Shown here piece after piece: positions 30,331-40,028 of a stretch of DNA of 64,000 bases. Position 1 is the stretch's first letter; each line of letters opens with the position of its first letter. The notes beneath the pieces were generated by a model. It saw only the letters and a list, made by a program, of their open reading frames with translations, was not told where the DNA came from and ran no database searches. The stretch is from NCBI GenBank assembly GCA_963771885.1, contig CAVYVF010000007.1:82774-146773 (forward strand). Direction: 5' to 3'. The translations under genes were made by a program, and so were the position numbers. This stretch comes from Candidatus Bathyarchaeota archaeon. Its GTDB lineage: Archaea > Thermoproteota > Bathyarchaeia > TCS64.

Positions 30331-30357
30331 GACCGTGTCGTGTGCGCTGACACGGTT
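30331..30357. terminator. Hairpin between convergent genes (GACCGTGTCG-tgtgcgc-TGACACGGTT)
   Basis: 10-bp stem including G-U pairs, 7-nt loop, in a convergent intergenic gap. Confidence 0.35.
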
Positions 30358-30410
30358 ACTCGGATACAAATTATATACCAAAAAGCGATTTTCGGAATCT
30401 TAAATTTTGA

Positions 30411-30860
30411 TCAAACCGGCACACTTACAACTTTCGAGTCTATCACCCACACGCCCTCATCATGCAATAATTCATATGTTACAAACATATTCCAACCCTT
30501 ATAATGACTGTTTAAAGATGTAGAAATACTAACGCGACAGCCTTCACCCCAGCCTCTGATTGATGCATAATCGAATTGAATCGCATAAATCGAGACCGAT
30601 GTATCCCACGAACTAAGCTCATCCATAGTAATAAGCACCAGCGGAACACCGCTTACTGATTGAGGCAGGGTTAAACCAGTTATCTGCGGAGAGGATACAA
30701 CCAGAAGACTTCCCTCAACTGGGTCGTCCCTCATCCTGTCTTCAAGTACAACCCTGATAGCTTCTGATTTGTTCACAATATTCAAATTATAGTCGAAAAT
30801 AGCGATAGCGATAATTATGATGGCGAGGATGGCGGCTATGGACAGAATTGCCCGCCTCAT
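30411..30860 (-). CDS. Hypothetical N-terminally anchored/secreted protein
   Basis: MRR followed by a hydrophobic stretch. TATA-like box upstream. Confidence 0.6.
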   Translation of the reverse strand: MRRAILSIAAILAIIIIAIAIFDYNLNIVNKSEAIRVVLEDRMRDDPVEGSLLVVSSPQITGLTLPQSVSGVPLVLITMDELSSWDTSVSIYAIQFDYASIRGWGEGCRVSISTSLNSHYKGWNMFVTYELLHDEGVWVIDSKVVSVPV

Positions 30861-30933
30861 GTATCAGAATGAACTGAAGCCGGTGTATAATACTTCCCCT
30901 CATAGTTTAGCCAAAAAAACCAACGCATTTCCT

Positions 30934-31518
30934 TCATCTTACCATGTTACGCACTCGTATTAGGAAAGGTGTCAGTGGCTCGCTCCTAATCGACAACTCA
31001 GACGAGTTCTGAGGATTCAAAGACGCAACCGTGTAGACTCTTTCCTCATAGACCACGTATCTCGTATACTCGCCCCCGAGGCTGTAAACCACACCCGGAC
31101 CCGGCTTCTGCTCATAATGCAGAGTTACGAAGAACACACACTCATCCCCCGGCTGAACCACGGGGTTCCCCGCCTCACCTACTATTTGCAGGATAAGGAT
31201 GAACTCGGAGCTAGTATCAACCGCCTTCAGGTAAGAGTGGACTTTAACCTCAAACACCGCACCATCAAGCAGGAGCCCTGACGGGGGCTCGGTCCGCCGA
31301 GTTACGATCCCATGTATTATTACGTCGGAATAATCGACGAGGTTGGGGAGGTCGCGTGGAATTGCCCACCATATTTGCTTTGAGTTGCTTTCTTTAAATC
31401 TGTCCGAGTAGGATGCGATTAGGGAAGAAGGATCAACATTCGGAGTAGCGTTAAGGGTGGCAATGATTGATATCACGATTAGAGCTACGGCTGATATGAG
31501 GTAGAGACGTCTTGGCAT
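30934..31518 (-). CDS. Hypothetical N-terminally anchored/secreted protein (possible OB/NTR-like fold)
   Basis: MPRR plus hydrophobic signal, and the pattern LVDYSDVIIHGIV…VFEVKVHSYLK…GDECVFFV. Confidence 0.6.
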   Translation of the reverse strand: MPRRLYLISAVALIVISIIATLNATPNVDPSSLIASYSDRFKESNSKQIWWAIPRDLPNLVDYSDVIIHGIVTRRTEPPSGLLLDGAVFEVKVHSYLKAVDTSSEFILILQIVGEAGNPVVQPGDECVFFVTLHYEQKPGPGVVYSLGGEYTRYVVYEERVYTVASLNPQNSSELSIRSEPLTPFLIRVRNMVR

Positions 31519-31611
31519 CTAATCGGTTGTAGGGGGATGTTGGTTAAGGTATTTGCCATACTGAGAAATGGCGCCATTTCTATTAGGGACCTAGCAAAGT
31601 AGGTGTGTGTT

Positions 31612-32940
31612 TTACTTCACGATATTCCAGTTCATCCTATCTGTATCGGGCTCATAGAAACCCGCATAGTGCCTAGAGTCCTCAGAGTAGAACCAGACAT
31701 CCATCGGAAGCGAAGCTCTATCACCATTCCGATCAAGCCTACACCAACCACTAGCCCCATAGAGCCTACCACACACATCCGAAAATACGCCGTTAACCAC
31801 CGAGGCGTTACCTGACCGAGTCTCCAACACCGAGACAGCTATCGCCCAAGCGCTATCATACAGGAAGGCATCCTGTTCATCAATGGAGGTATACCTAGCT
31901 TTCAGACCCTCATAATGCGACGACCTGAAGGGCCTGGCAGCCGGAGTGAAAATCTTCAAGTGGTTTGCTTGGGGATTACCGAGGAACCCATCCATCTTTA
32001 GCCCAACGTGACTGTATCCGCTGAACAACACGCAGTCGTAGAGAGGCAGGTAGTTCGCCATCTCTGTGACAATCGCCACATCCTCACCATAGGCTAGGAG
32101 CAGGATAGCTACTTGGTCGCCATCCGGATTCAGCAGCTTGGCTGCCTCTGCCTGACGATTTGCGGATTGAAGGTAGCCGGAGAAGTCCGTCTCTTCGGCG
32201 GGGTAGCGGATCGCTTGCCCTGCGAGTGCGCCGCCCTTCGCATTCCAAGCGGTCTCAAACTGCTGAGCGACTCCGTCGCCCCACGAGTCGCCGCGTTGAA
32301 TGATTATTACGGTCTTTACGCCGTAGCTCCACATGATACTGGCGAGTTGGCTTGGCAGCGTCGAGTCGGGTGGGTTCATGCGGTAAAGGCGATCATTCGG
32401 GATCGCTAGCCCATATGGGCTTGTGGATGTTGTGCCAACTAGGAGCATGTTACGATCGTCGACATAGTTCTGGATTGTGCTCAGCATCGAGGACCAGCCC
32501 CCGCTTATGACGAGGTCTACTCCCTCCTTCTTCAACTCCTGAATCTTCGTCAGGTGTTCGCCGGGTTGTGTGCTTACTACGTCCGGGATTACGAATTGGA
32601 ATGTGACGTTGTATCCCAGTTTACTCGCGTATGCGTTCAAGTCGGGTTGAACTATTTCGTTGATGAATGGTGTCGTTAGTTCTCTATCGGTCAGGGATGA
32701 GGCTAGGTATCCTATCTTTACTGTGCCTAGGTTGGAGGCGTTATGGAGGGCTCTGTCAAGTATCTGGTTCTGTCGTGTGACGTTGGCGTTGAGGTTGATC
32801 TGTTCCTGAAGTTGGGGTTCTAATGTTTTTCGTGAGTTGTCGTAGCCCGTCTGATATCCGAAGTATAGACCTCCTGCTATTGATACGGCTATTAGGATGA
32901 TTATTACTCCGAATACAGTCGTTTTTACTTGATTCATCAA
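31612..32940 (-). CDS. Branched-chain amino acid-type (LivJ/PBP type 1) solute-binding protein, membrane anchored
   Basis: N-terminal TM plus coiled coil, SSMLS, TSTSP…LYRMNPPD, QRGDSWGDG, YDSAW, GASGWCRLDRNGDR. Confidence 0.78.
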   Translation of the reverse strand: MMNQVKTTVFGVIIILIAVSIAGGLYFGYQTGYDNSRKTLEPQLQEQINLNANVTRQNQILDRALHNASNLGTVKIGYLASSLTDRELTTPFINEIVQPDLNAYASKLGYNVTFQFVIPDVVSTQPGEHLTKIQELKKEGVDLVISGGWSSMLSTIQNYVDDRNMLLVGTTSTSPYGLAIPNDRLYRMNPPDSTLPSQLASIMWSYGVKTVIIIQRGDSWGDGVAQQFETAWNAKGGALAGQAIRYPAEETDFSGYLQSANRQAEAAKLLNPDGDQVAILLLAYGEDVAIVTEMANYLPLYDCVLFSGYSHVGLKMDGFLGNPQANHLKIFTPAARPFRSSHYEGLKARYTSIDEQDAFLYDSAWAIAVSVLETRSGNASVVNGVFSDVCGRLYGASGWCRLDRNGDRASLPMDVWFYSEDSRHYAGFYEPDTDRMNWNIVK

Positions 32941-33333
32941 CTCACCAATGGGATCAAGTTTAACCGGGAAGGGGTATAACGTTTTTTGAAAAAGAAATTA
33001 TACAAACGGGTAAAACATTGTCATTGGTTTGGCTTGATAGTTGTCGGCGCGTATGCGTCTAGTTCATTTTATATCAAGAAATGCCCCCATATGTGTTTGG
33101 GGTTATTGAATATTTAATGAAGAGAGTGTCAACATAGAAGTCATGGGTGTGAGGGAACTGGTCTTCAGGTCAGATTCCCGTTGGGAAAATTTACTGAAAA
33201 AGGGTAGCTTTGAGGGCGGCATCTTTCTAAGGCTAGACGTGAATCCAGTCAATGTCAGGGAGTATCCATTTTATTCCCGATAAAGTAGACAAGTAAATCT
33301 AACCTTTTTAACAGCAGCAACGTAGGGATACCT

Positions 33334-33873
33334 ATGGTTGACAGAGTCAAGGTTGACACGTTCAAGTATGTACGCGAGATGAACATGCTCCTAAAGGACG
33401 GTGGATTACTCCTCGTCGCCGAGGGAAAGGATGGAAAGCCGAACGCGATGACGATCGGCTGGGGATTCCTCGGCACCATGTGGTCAAAGCCCGTCTTCAT
33501 CACAGCCGTGCGCCACAGCAGGCACACTTACAAGCTGATGGAGGAGGCGAAGAGCTGGACCATCTGTATACCCGCTAAGGGGATGGAGGCGGCGCTTACA
33601 TTCTGCGGGACCAAGTCGGGCAGAGACGTCGACAAGTTCAAGGAGTGCAAGTTCACCGCCAAGAAGGGAGATGTAGGCGCCCCCTACATCGAGGAGTGCC
33701 CCATACACATCGAGTGCACAACCGTCTTCAAGACGGACATGAAGCCCGGTCAGCTCGAGGGCGGCATGGAGAAGGAGCTCTATAAGACGAAGGACTTCCA
33801 CATGCTCTACTTCGGCGAGGTCAAGGGCGTCTACGCCGTCAAGGACGCCGAAAAGAAGCTCAAGGTGGCGTAG
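33334..33873 (+). CDS. Flavin reductase-like (flavoredoxin) protein
   Basis: NAMTIGW, VRHSRHT, CGTKSGRDVDK, APYIEEC, HMLYFGEV. Confidence 0.85.
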   Translation: MVDRVKVDTFKYVREMNMLLKDGGLLLVAEGKDGKPNAMTIGWGFLGTMWSKPVFITAVRHSRHTYKLMEEAKSWTICIPAKGMEAALTFCGTKSGRDVDKFKECKFTAKKGDVGAPYIEECPIHIECTTVFKTDMKPGQLEGGMEKELYKTKDFHMLYFGEVKGVYAVKDAEKKLKVA

Positions 33874-34347
33874 ATGAAGGTCCTCATAGTATACGACACT
33901 AGCACAGGCAACACGGAGAAGATGGCGCACGCCGTCGAGGACGGCGTAAAGAAGGCGGGTGTAGAGGTCGTTTTCAAGCACGTCGACGATGCCTCGGTAG
34001 ACGAGATACCCCAGTGCCAGGGCCTCATACTCGGCTCACCGGTATATTATGGACTACCCTCGGGCAAGATCAAGAAGTTCATCGATGAGTCGATAAAATA
34101 CCACGGCAAGCTCGACGGCACCGTTGGCGGGGCATTCGCCAGCGCCGGTGGCACGCACACAGGCGCAGAGACCACGATCATCGCCATCAACGAGATGCTC
34201 CTCGTCCACGGCATGATTATTCAAGGCAGCTCCGCAGGCAGCCACTACGGCGCATCATCCGTCGGCTCACCAAATGATGCCTCTCTCGAGGCGTGCAGGA
34301 AGCTAGGCGAACGCGTAGGAAAACTCGTCAAGCGGCTGAACAATTAG
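33874..34347 (+). CDS. Flavodoxin / WrbA-like NAD(P)H-dependent oxidoreductase
   Basis: YDTSTGNTEKMA, GSPVYYG, GGAFASAGG…GAETT. Confidence 0.85.
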   Translation: MKVLIVYDTSTGNTEKMAHAVEDGVKKAGVEVVFKHVDDASVDEIPQCQGLILGSPVYYGLPSGKIKKFIDESIKYHGKLDGTVGGAFASAGGTHTGAETTIIAINEMLLVHGMIIQGSSAGSHYGASSVGSPNDASLEACRKLGERVGKLVKRLNN

Positions 34348-34369
34348 AGCCAAACTCCGAGAATTAGGA

Positions 34370-35041
34370 GTGTCCATGTTGAGTAGCCAAATGAAGTTAC
34401 ACCGCCTCGACGACAACTACTCCCGGGAAATACTCACGAAGATCCGGAATAAGGAGACGGGACGCGAGGAGTTCCGTTGGGGCCTGAGGAGACTCGGCAT
34501 GCTTACTGGGATAAGGATCGCGGCTACTATGGGGTACAGCGACGTGGAGGTCGAGACTCCGCTCGGGGCTAAGGCGAGGGGCGTATCACTCACCGAGGCA
34601 CGCGATGTCGTGATTATAAACGTCCTCCGGGCCGCCACCCCGCTCGTTGAGGGCCTACTCGAGGTCTTCACCGACGCGAGGATCGGCATCGTCAACGCCA
34701 AGCGCGTCGAAACGGGCAACCTCTTCCCGGAATTCGACTTCAAGATAGATGTGCCCTACTTCAATACCCCGAAGTTAACCAGCGGCGACACCCTGATCGT
34801 GGCGGACCCCATGATTGCCTCCGGGAGCACAAGCGTTGCTGTGCTTGACAAGTTACTGGAAAACGGGCGGCCCAAGCGCATTATCTTGGCGTCGGTCATC
34901 TCAGCGCCACTGGGGCTTGAGAGGGTGCACGCCCACTACCCCGGCGCGGATATATACACCGTGGCGGTGGATGAGGGGCTGAACGAGCACGGTTACATAG
35001 TGCCGGGTCTCGGCGACGCCGGCGACAGGGTCTGCGGATAA
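34370..35041 (+). CDS. upp: Uracil phosphoribosyltransferase
   Basis: VETPL, VLRAA, DPMIASGST, GYIVPGLGDAGDR. Confidence 0.93.
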   Translation: MSMLSSQMKLHRLDDNYSREILTKIRNKETGREEFRWGLRRLGMLTGIRIAATMGYSDVEVETPLGAKARGVSLTEARDVVIINVLRAATPLVEGLLEVFTDARIGIVNAKRVETGNLFPEFDFKIDVPYFNTPKLTSGDTLIVADPMIASGSTSVAVLDKLLENGRPKRIILASVISAPLGLERVHAHYPGADIYTVAVDEGLNEHGYIVPGLGDAGDRVCG

Positions 35042-35098
35042 AACAGCCGGCAAACTCCTCCAAACAGCCTTATTTCCAATGCACCCTACAACTGGTGT

Positions 35099-35437
35099 AT
35101 GAAGAACAGTACATGGGACAATGTGCCAAGGGCAACCATCGCCCCCGGAGTCGACCTCCGACTGATCAACGGCGACAATTGTATGCTGACCTATGTGATC
35201 ATGCAGCCTGGGGCGGTTGTGCCGGATCATAAGCACCCGCACGAGCAGGTTGGAACCTGCATCAAAGGCGAAGGGGTCATGACGTGTGGTGGCAAACAGT
35301 TCAAGACGGTCCCCGGTGCCTGTTGGCTCATCCTAGGCGGGGAAAACCACAGCTGGCGCAACACGAGCGAGGGCGAGACTATCCTCCTCGAGGCTTTCAG
35401 CCCGCCGCGCGAGGATTATATTGCCAAGGCGAAGTAG
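35099..35437 (+). CDS. Cupin domain protein
   Basis: PDHKHPHEQ…H, FSPPREDY. Confidence 0.85.
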   Translation: MKNSTWDNVPRATIAPGVDLRLINGDNCMLTYVIMQPGAVVPDHKHPHEQVGTCIKGEGVMTCGGKQFKTVPGACWLILGGENHSWRNTSEGETILLEAFSPPREDYIAKAK

Positions 35438-35535
35438 CGCCACCATTGGCTCGAGGGGAAACCATATTCCCCAACCACACACAAAATTTTCGTGTTCGTG
35501 AATGATTAAATATTTATAATAAAATATCATTACCG

Positions 35536-36001
35536 ATGCATCAAATCCGACGTGCAGTACTCGACGACGTTCCAGAGATAACTGCCTGCATTAAAGATGC
35601 GTATGCCCCTTACATTCAGAGAATAGGAAAGGCACCCGCACCAATGCTTGAAGATTATGCTGAAGCTGTTACCCAGAAGAACATCTGGGTCCTTGAAGGT
35701 CATAGGGTCTGAGTTGCTGGGAGTCCTAATTCTTGTACCTGAGACAGAATATTTGCTGATTGAAAACATTGCTATTAAACGGAGGTATCAGGGTCGAGGA
35801 TTTGGCGGAAAGTTGATGGATTTCGCCGAGTCTGAGGCTTTGAAGTTAGGATATAAGGTAATGCGTCTTTACACCAATGTTAAGATGTTTGAGAATCAGA
35901 TTATTTACGAGCATCTAGGTTGGAAGAATATTGGACTTGTATCTGAAGAGGGATACGATAGAGTCTACATGGAAAAACGGATACTGGTTAGTGCTAATTA
36001 G
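35536..36001 (+). pseudogene. GNAT-family N-acetyltransferase, frameshift near 35697
   Basis: 5' frame MHQIRRAVLDDVPEI…YIQRIGKAPAPMLEDY, 3' frame ENIAI…YQGRGFGGKL…LYTNVKMFEN…YEHLG. Confidence 0.75.
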
Positions 36002-36067
36002 TTGTGATCGTAAGCAAGTGTGTGTGGAGGGAAAGCATTTTCTCCCCAACCCGTGTCTTCTATCAGC

Positions 36068-37030
36068 ATGGCTCCAAAGGCCGTCGACAGCATACTAGAC
36101 GTCATCGGGAACACGCCTCTTGTCAAGCTACAGAAGCTCGCGCCCAAGAACGGCGCTGACATATTCGTGAAGGCCGAGTACCTCAATCCAAGCGGCAGCT
36201 ACAAAGACCGCATCGCCGTCGAGATGATACGCACTGCTGAGAAGGAGGGCAAGCTCAAGCCCGGATACACGATCGTCGAGGCATCCACGGGCAACACGGG
36301 TACCGCCCTCAGCTTCGTCGGTACACGCCTTGGTTACAACGTCGAGATATACATGCCCGAGGGCATGACTCGCGAACGCATCAAGATCATGGAGAGCTAC
36401 GGCGCCAAGGTCCACGAGATGAAGATCGCGGGCCTCGACGCCAAGGGCAGCGTCGCAGGAGCCGAGGTCGAGTTTATCCCCCGGCAAAAGTGCCTCGACC
36501 TGGAGAGGAGTAACCCCAAGGTATGGTGGGCGCGCCAGTTCAGCAACCCCGCAAACTGGAGGGCACACCTCACAACGGGCAACGAGATATATGAACAGAT
36601 GAACGGAAAAGTCGACGCCTTCGTAGCCAGCATCGGCGTCGGAGGCACGCTCTACGGCGTCGCCAAGGCACTGAAGGCTAAGCTGCCGAAATGTCGGGTC
36701 ATCGGGCTCGAGCCCGCCTCGGCAAAGCTCGCCATAAGCGACGGCATCATCTCCCCTCCCGGGATAAGCAAGGACATCGCCGGAGGAATAATCGAGGAGA
36801 TGATGGAGAGTGGCCTCATCGACGAGGTCGTCAAGGTCAAGAACGAGGACGCCATCGCTACCTCGGATCGCCTCGTGAAGGAGGAGGGACTATTCTGCGG
36901 CATCTCCGCCGGAGCTAACGTCTACCACTCGATCAAGATCGCGACTGAGTTGGGCAGAGGTAAGCGCGTAGCCACCGTCCTCCCCGACCACAGGGACCGA
37001 TACCTTAGCGAGAAGAAGTACACCACTTAG
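36068..37030 (+). CDS. Cysteine synthase family PLP enzyme (CysK/CysM)
   Basis: IGNTPLV, NPSGSYKDR, EASTGNTG, QFSNPAN, GVGGT, EEGLFCGISAG, PDHRDRYLS. Confidence 0.9.
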   Translation: MAPKAVDSILDVIGNTPLVKLQKLAPKNGADIFVKAEYLNPSGSYKDRIAVEMIRTAEKEGKLKPGYTIVEASTGNTGTALSFVGTRLGYNVEIYMPEGMTRERIKIMESYGAKVHEMKIAGLDAKGSVAGAEVEFIPRQKCLDLERSNPKVWWARQFSNPANWRAHLTTGNEIYEQMNGKVDAFVASIGVGGTLYGVAKALKAKLPKCRVIGLEPASAKLAISDGIISPPGISKDIAGGIIEEMMESGLIDEVVKVKNEDAIATSDRLVKEEGLFCGISAGANVYHSIKIATELGRGKRVATVLPDHRDRYLSEKKYTT

Positions 37031-37119
37031 CTCCGCTCAACATTTACTCGGTCGCGTTTCTTCGCCCGCAAGCGCTATTTTCTTGGAAATCGGGAATTGT
37101 TTGTTATTAATTTATAAAT

Positions 37120-37668
37120 TTAAGAATTAATCTTGGCTAACCTCGCACCCGCCTTCTCGAGCATCTCGAGTTTGTGCCCTTTAGATACCTGGGTCACGGT
37201 CACAAGGTCGAATACTGTGAATCCGACGCGGCGCAGATAGTCCTCGAGGTGGAGGAGCGCCTTTACACATCCGTTGCCTGTTCCCCCTGCGGAGGCTATG
37301 CCCAGCGCGTACCTCCCGTTCAGCGCCTTGAACTCACTCTTCACCTCGGTCCTGCGTAGCCTGTCGAGGAAGAGCTTGGCCGACTCGCTCAGGTCGCCCC
37401 AATAGACGGGGGTTGCGAAGACGAGCGCGTCTGCCGCGTGTATCTTGTCCCTCAGGGACTGGAACTCGTCGTCGATGACGCACGTTCCCTCCCTTCGGCA
37501 CTGGCCCCAGCCACCATCGCAGGCCATGCATGGCTTCACAATGACCTCGTTAAGGTTCACAAGCTCTACTGATGCGCCTTCCGTCTTCGCCCCCTCGATT
37601 ACCGCCTTGGCAGTTTTCGCCGTCAGGCCGTCATCGTTCGGGCTGGACTGTATAGCAATTATCTTCAA
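37120..37668 (-). CDS. Iron-sulfur flavoprotein / NADPH-dependent FMN reductase family
   Basis: SSP…G.T, CMAC…C…C cluster motif, TPVYW, FLDR. Confidence 0.82.
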   Translation of the reverse strand: MKIIAIQSSPNDDGLTAKTAKAVIEGAKTEGASVELVNLNEVIVKPCMACDGGWGQCRREGTCVIDDEFQSLRDKIHAADALVFATPVYWGDLSESAKLFLDRLRRTEVKSEFKALNGRYALGIASAGGTGNGCVKALLHLEDYLRRVGFTVFDLVTVTQVSKGHKLEMLEKAGARLAKINS

Positions 37669-37746
37669 TAAACTGCACCCGTGTAGAGGGATGCGGTTCG
37701 GATGGCTTTAAATCTCGCCATCCTGTTCGAAAGGCACGTTTATATT

Positions 37747-37767
37747 ATAGTTATATGTTTTAACTGT
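37747..37767. promoter_or_regulatory. Imperfect inverted repeat (AGTTA-N7-TAACT), candidate MarR operator
   Basis: Lies between the TTTATA box and the start of the marR gene. Confidence 0.4.
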
Positions 37768-37774
37768 TTATTCG

Positions 37775-38251
37775 GTGAACGAAAAAATGGTTGACGCCTC
37801 GCCCCGGGGGAAGATGGATCAGATGCTCGACGACATCTATAACGTGATTCCCCTCTTCCACCGCACATTCCTGAGGCCCGACGACCTCTCCCACAACCCA
37901 ATGGGATCCGACTTCAAGGTCATGGGTATACTCAGGAAGCATGGGCCCCTCCCCATGTCACGCATCGGGTTCTGGCTTGGAATCTCGAAGCCCAACATGA
38001 CCGCCATAATAAACAAGCTGATAACTGATGGAAGGGTCGAGAGGCGAGAGGATCCGAAAGATAGACGCATAGTCGAGGTCGCCCTAACCACCGAGGGCAC
38101 GAAGTACATAGAGGAGTGCTGGAAAGAAGGACGGGAGACCGTGAGGGCGAAACTCTCGACACTATCCGACGAAGAGAAAGACACCCTCTACAAGGCGCTC
38201 GAAGACATCCGAATAACCATATCAAAACTCAACGAGATGAAGAAGCAGTGA
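37775..38251 (+). CDS. MarR-family transcriptional regulator
   Basis: ISKPNMTAIINKL…GRVERREDPKDRR…LTTEG. Confidence 0.9.
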   Translation: MNEKMVDASPRGKMDQMLDDIYNVIPLFHRTFLRPDDLSHNPMGSDFKVMGILRKHGPLPMSRIGFWLGISKPNMTAIINKLITDGRVERREDPKDRRIVEVALTTEGTKYIEECWKEGRETVRAKLSTLSDEEKDTLYKALEDIRITISKLNEMKKQ

Positions 38252-38288
38252 AGATTACCCAAACATTGAGCCAGTGGGAGGCACATCT

Positions 38289-40028
38289 TTGACTAACTCC
38301 CTGATCAGGATACTATCCTACCTCAGGCCCTACTGGAAACCAGCGGTCCTGTCGATACTGATGCTCTCCGTCTCCGTCATAGCGGAACTGCAGATACCTC
38401 GGCTCCTACAGAGCATCATCGACACGGGCATACCGAACAAGGATCTTGCTTTCATCGCAGGAACCGCGGTCCTCATGGTGGTCATCGCCTTCATGGACGC
38501 GGGCATGGCGATCGGTAACACGTTTCTATCCGTCCGCGCCGCGCAGGGGTTCGCCGCCGACGTGAGGAGCGCCATCTTCCGCCGCATACAGAGTTTCAGC
38601 TTCGGAAACCTCGACAAGTTCCAGACCGGCCAGCTCATCATCAGGATGACGAGCGACGTCAACATCATCCAGATGATGGTGATGATGGGGCTTCGCATGT
38701 TCATCAGGGCACCCCTAATGATTGTTGGCAGCGTCGCCCTCATGTACTCGATAAACACTGAACTCGCAAACATCATACTGCTCATCATGCCGCTTACACT
38801 CGTCTTCGCCGGCATTTTCGTCTGGAAGGGGCAGCCCATGTTCATGAAAGTCCAGACCAAACTCGACAGGCTCAACTCAGTACTGCAGGAGAACCTCTCT
38901 GGCGTGCGCGTCGTCAAGGCTTTCGTGCGCCAGAAGCACGAGTCAGAGAGGTTCGACGCCGCCAACACCGACCTGATGAACCAGGCCATAAGCGTCAACC
39001 GTTTCATGATGTTTCTAATGCCCGCCCTCTTCGTCCTTATCAACCTCGGTGTGCTAGCCGTACTCTACTTCGGCGGCTTGCAGGTCATCGCGGGGACGTT
39101 CACTGTGGGTGAGATACTGGCCTTCTCAAACTATCTCCTCTCAAGCATGTTCCCTCTCATCTTCCTCTCGATCATGGCGAGCCAAGCATCCGCCGCAATA
39201 GCCTCAGGGAACAGGATATACGAGGTCATAGACTCGGAGCCGATGGTTCAGAATAAGCCCAACGCAACAGTGCTAAGCGACGTAACCGGACAGGTAGCGT
39301 TCGAAGACGTATCCTTCAGTTATGCTAAGGGTGGTGAACCAGTCTTAAATAATGTCAGTTTTACAGCCACCCCTGGACAGGTCGTCGCCTTACTCGGCGC
39401 AACGGGCAGCGGCAAGTCGACACTCATCAACCTCATCCCCCGATTCTATGACGCAAACTCCGGCAGAGTGACGGTCGATGGTGTCGATGTAAAAGACGTG
39501 ACCCTTGAGTCACTCCGCACACACATAGGAATCGCCCTGCAGGAGCCCGTGCTCTTCAGTGGGTTGATCCGTGACAACATAAAATATGGGAGACCAGACG
39601 CAACCGACGAAGACGTCGTCGAGGCTGCCAAGGCAGCTCAGGCACACGAGTTCATCTTGAGCCTTCCCAAGGGCTACGACACCGAAGTCGGCGAACGAGG
39701 CGTCGGCCTCAGCGGAGGCCAGAAGCAGCGCATAAGCATCGCCCGTGCCATACTCGTTAAGCCAAAGATACTCATACTCGACGACTCGACCAGCAGCGTT
39801 GACATCGAAACCGAGGCACTCATACAGCAGGCGCTAGAGACCGTGATGAAGGGACGCACAAGTTTCATCATCGCCCAGAGAATAAGCAGTGTGCTCAAGG
39901 CTGACAAGATACTCGTCCTAGACCGTGGCAAGATCGTGGCCGAGGGCCACCACAAGGAGCTGATGGAGAAGAGCCCGATATATCGTGAAATATTCAACTC
40001 CCAGCTCGGTGGAGGCATCAGGCAATGA
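38289..40028 (+). CDS. Heterodimeric ABC exporter subunit (TM287-like, degenerate catalytic residues)
   Basis: TMD plus NBD: GATGSGKS, LSGGQ, Walker B ILILDD, switch IAQR. TTG start after GGAGG. Confidence 0.9.
   Translation: MTNSLIRILSYLRPYWKPAVLSILMLSVSVIAELQIPRLLQSIIDTGIPNKDLAFIAGTAVLMVVIAFMDAGMAIGNTFLSVRAAQGFAADVRSAIFRRIQSFSFGNLDKFQTGQLIIRMTSDVNIIQMMVMMGLRMFIRAPLMIVGSVALMYSINTELANIILLIMPLTLVFAGIFVWKGQPMFMKVQTKLDRLNSVLQENLSGVRVVKAFVRQKHESERFDAANTDLMNQAISVNRFMMFLMPALFVLINLGVLAVLYFGGLQVIAGTFTVGEILAFSNYLLSSMFPLIFLSIMASQASAAIASGNRIYEVIDSEPMVQNKPNATVLSDVTGQVAFEDVSFSYAKGGEPVLNNVSFTATPGQVVALLGATGSGKSTLINLIPRFYDANSGRVTVDGVDVKDVTLESLRTHIGIALQEPVLFSGLIRDNIKYGRPDATDEDVVEAAKAAQAHEFILSLPKGYDTEVGERGVGLSGGQKQRISIARAILVKPKILILDDSTSSVDIETEALIQQALETVMKGRTSFIIAQRISSVLKADKILVLDRGKIVAEGHHKELMEKSPIYREIFNSQLGGGIRQ

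Noticed and set aside
33143-33283. 46-codon ORF and a GGGAA…TTCCC hairpin in the gap before the flavin reductase
   Set aside because: No motif or clear promoter support, and no selenoprotein nearby to justify a SECIS reading.
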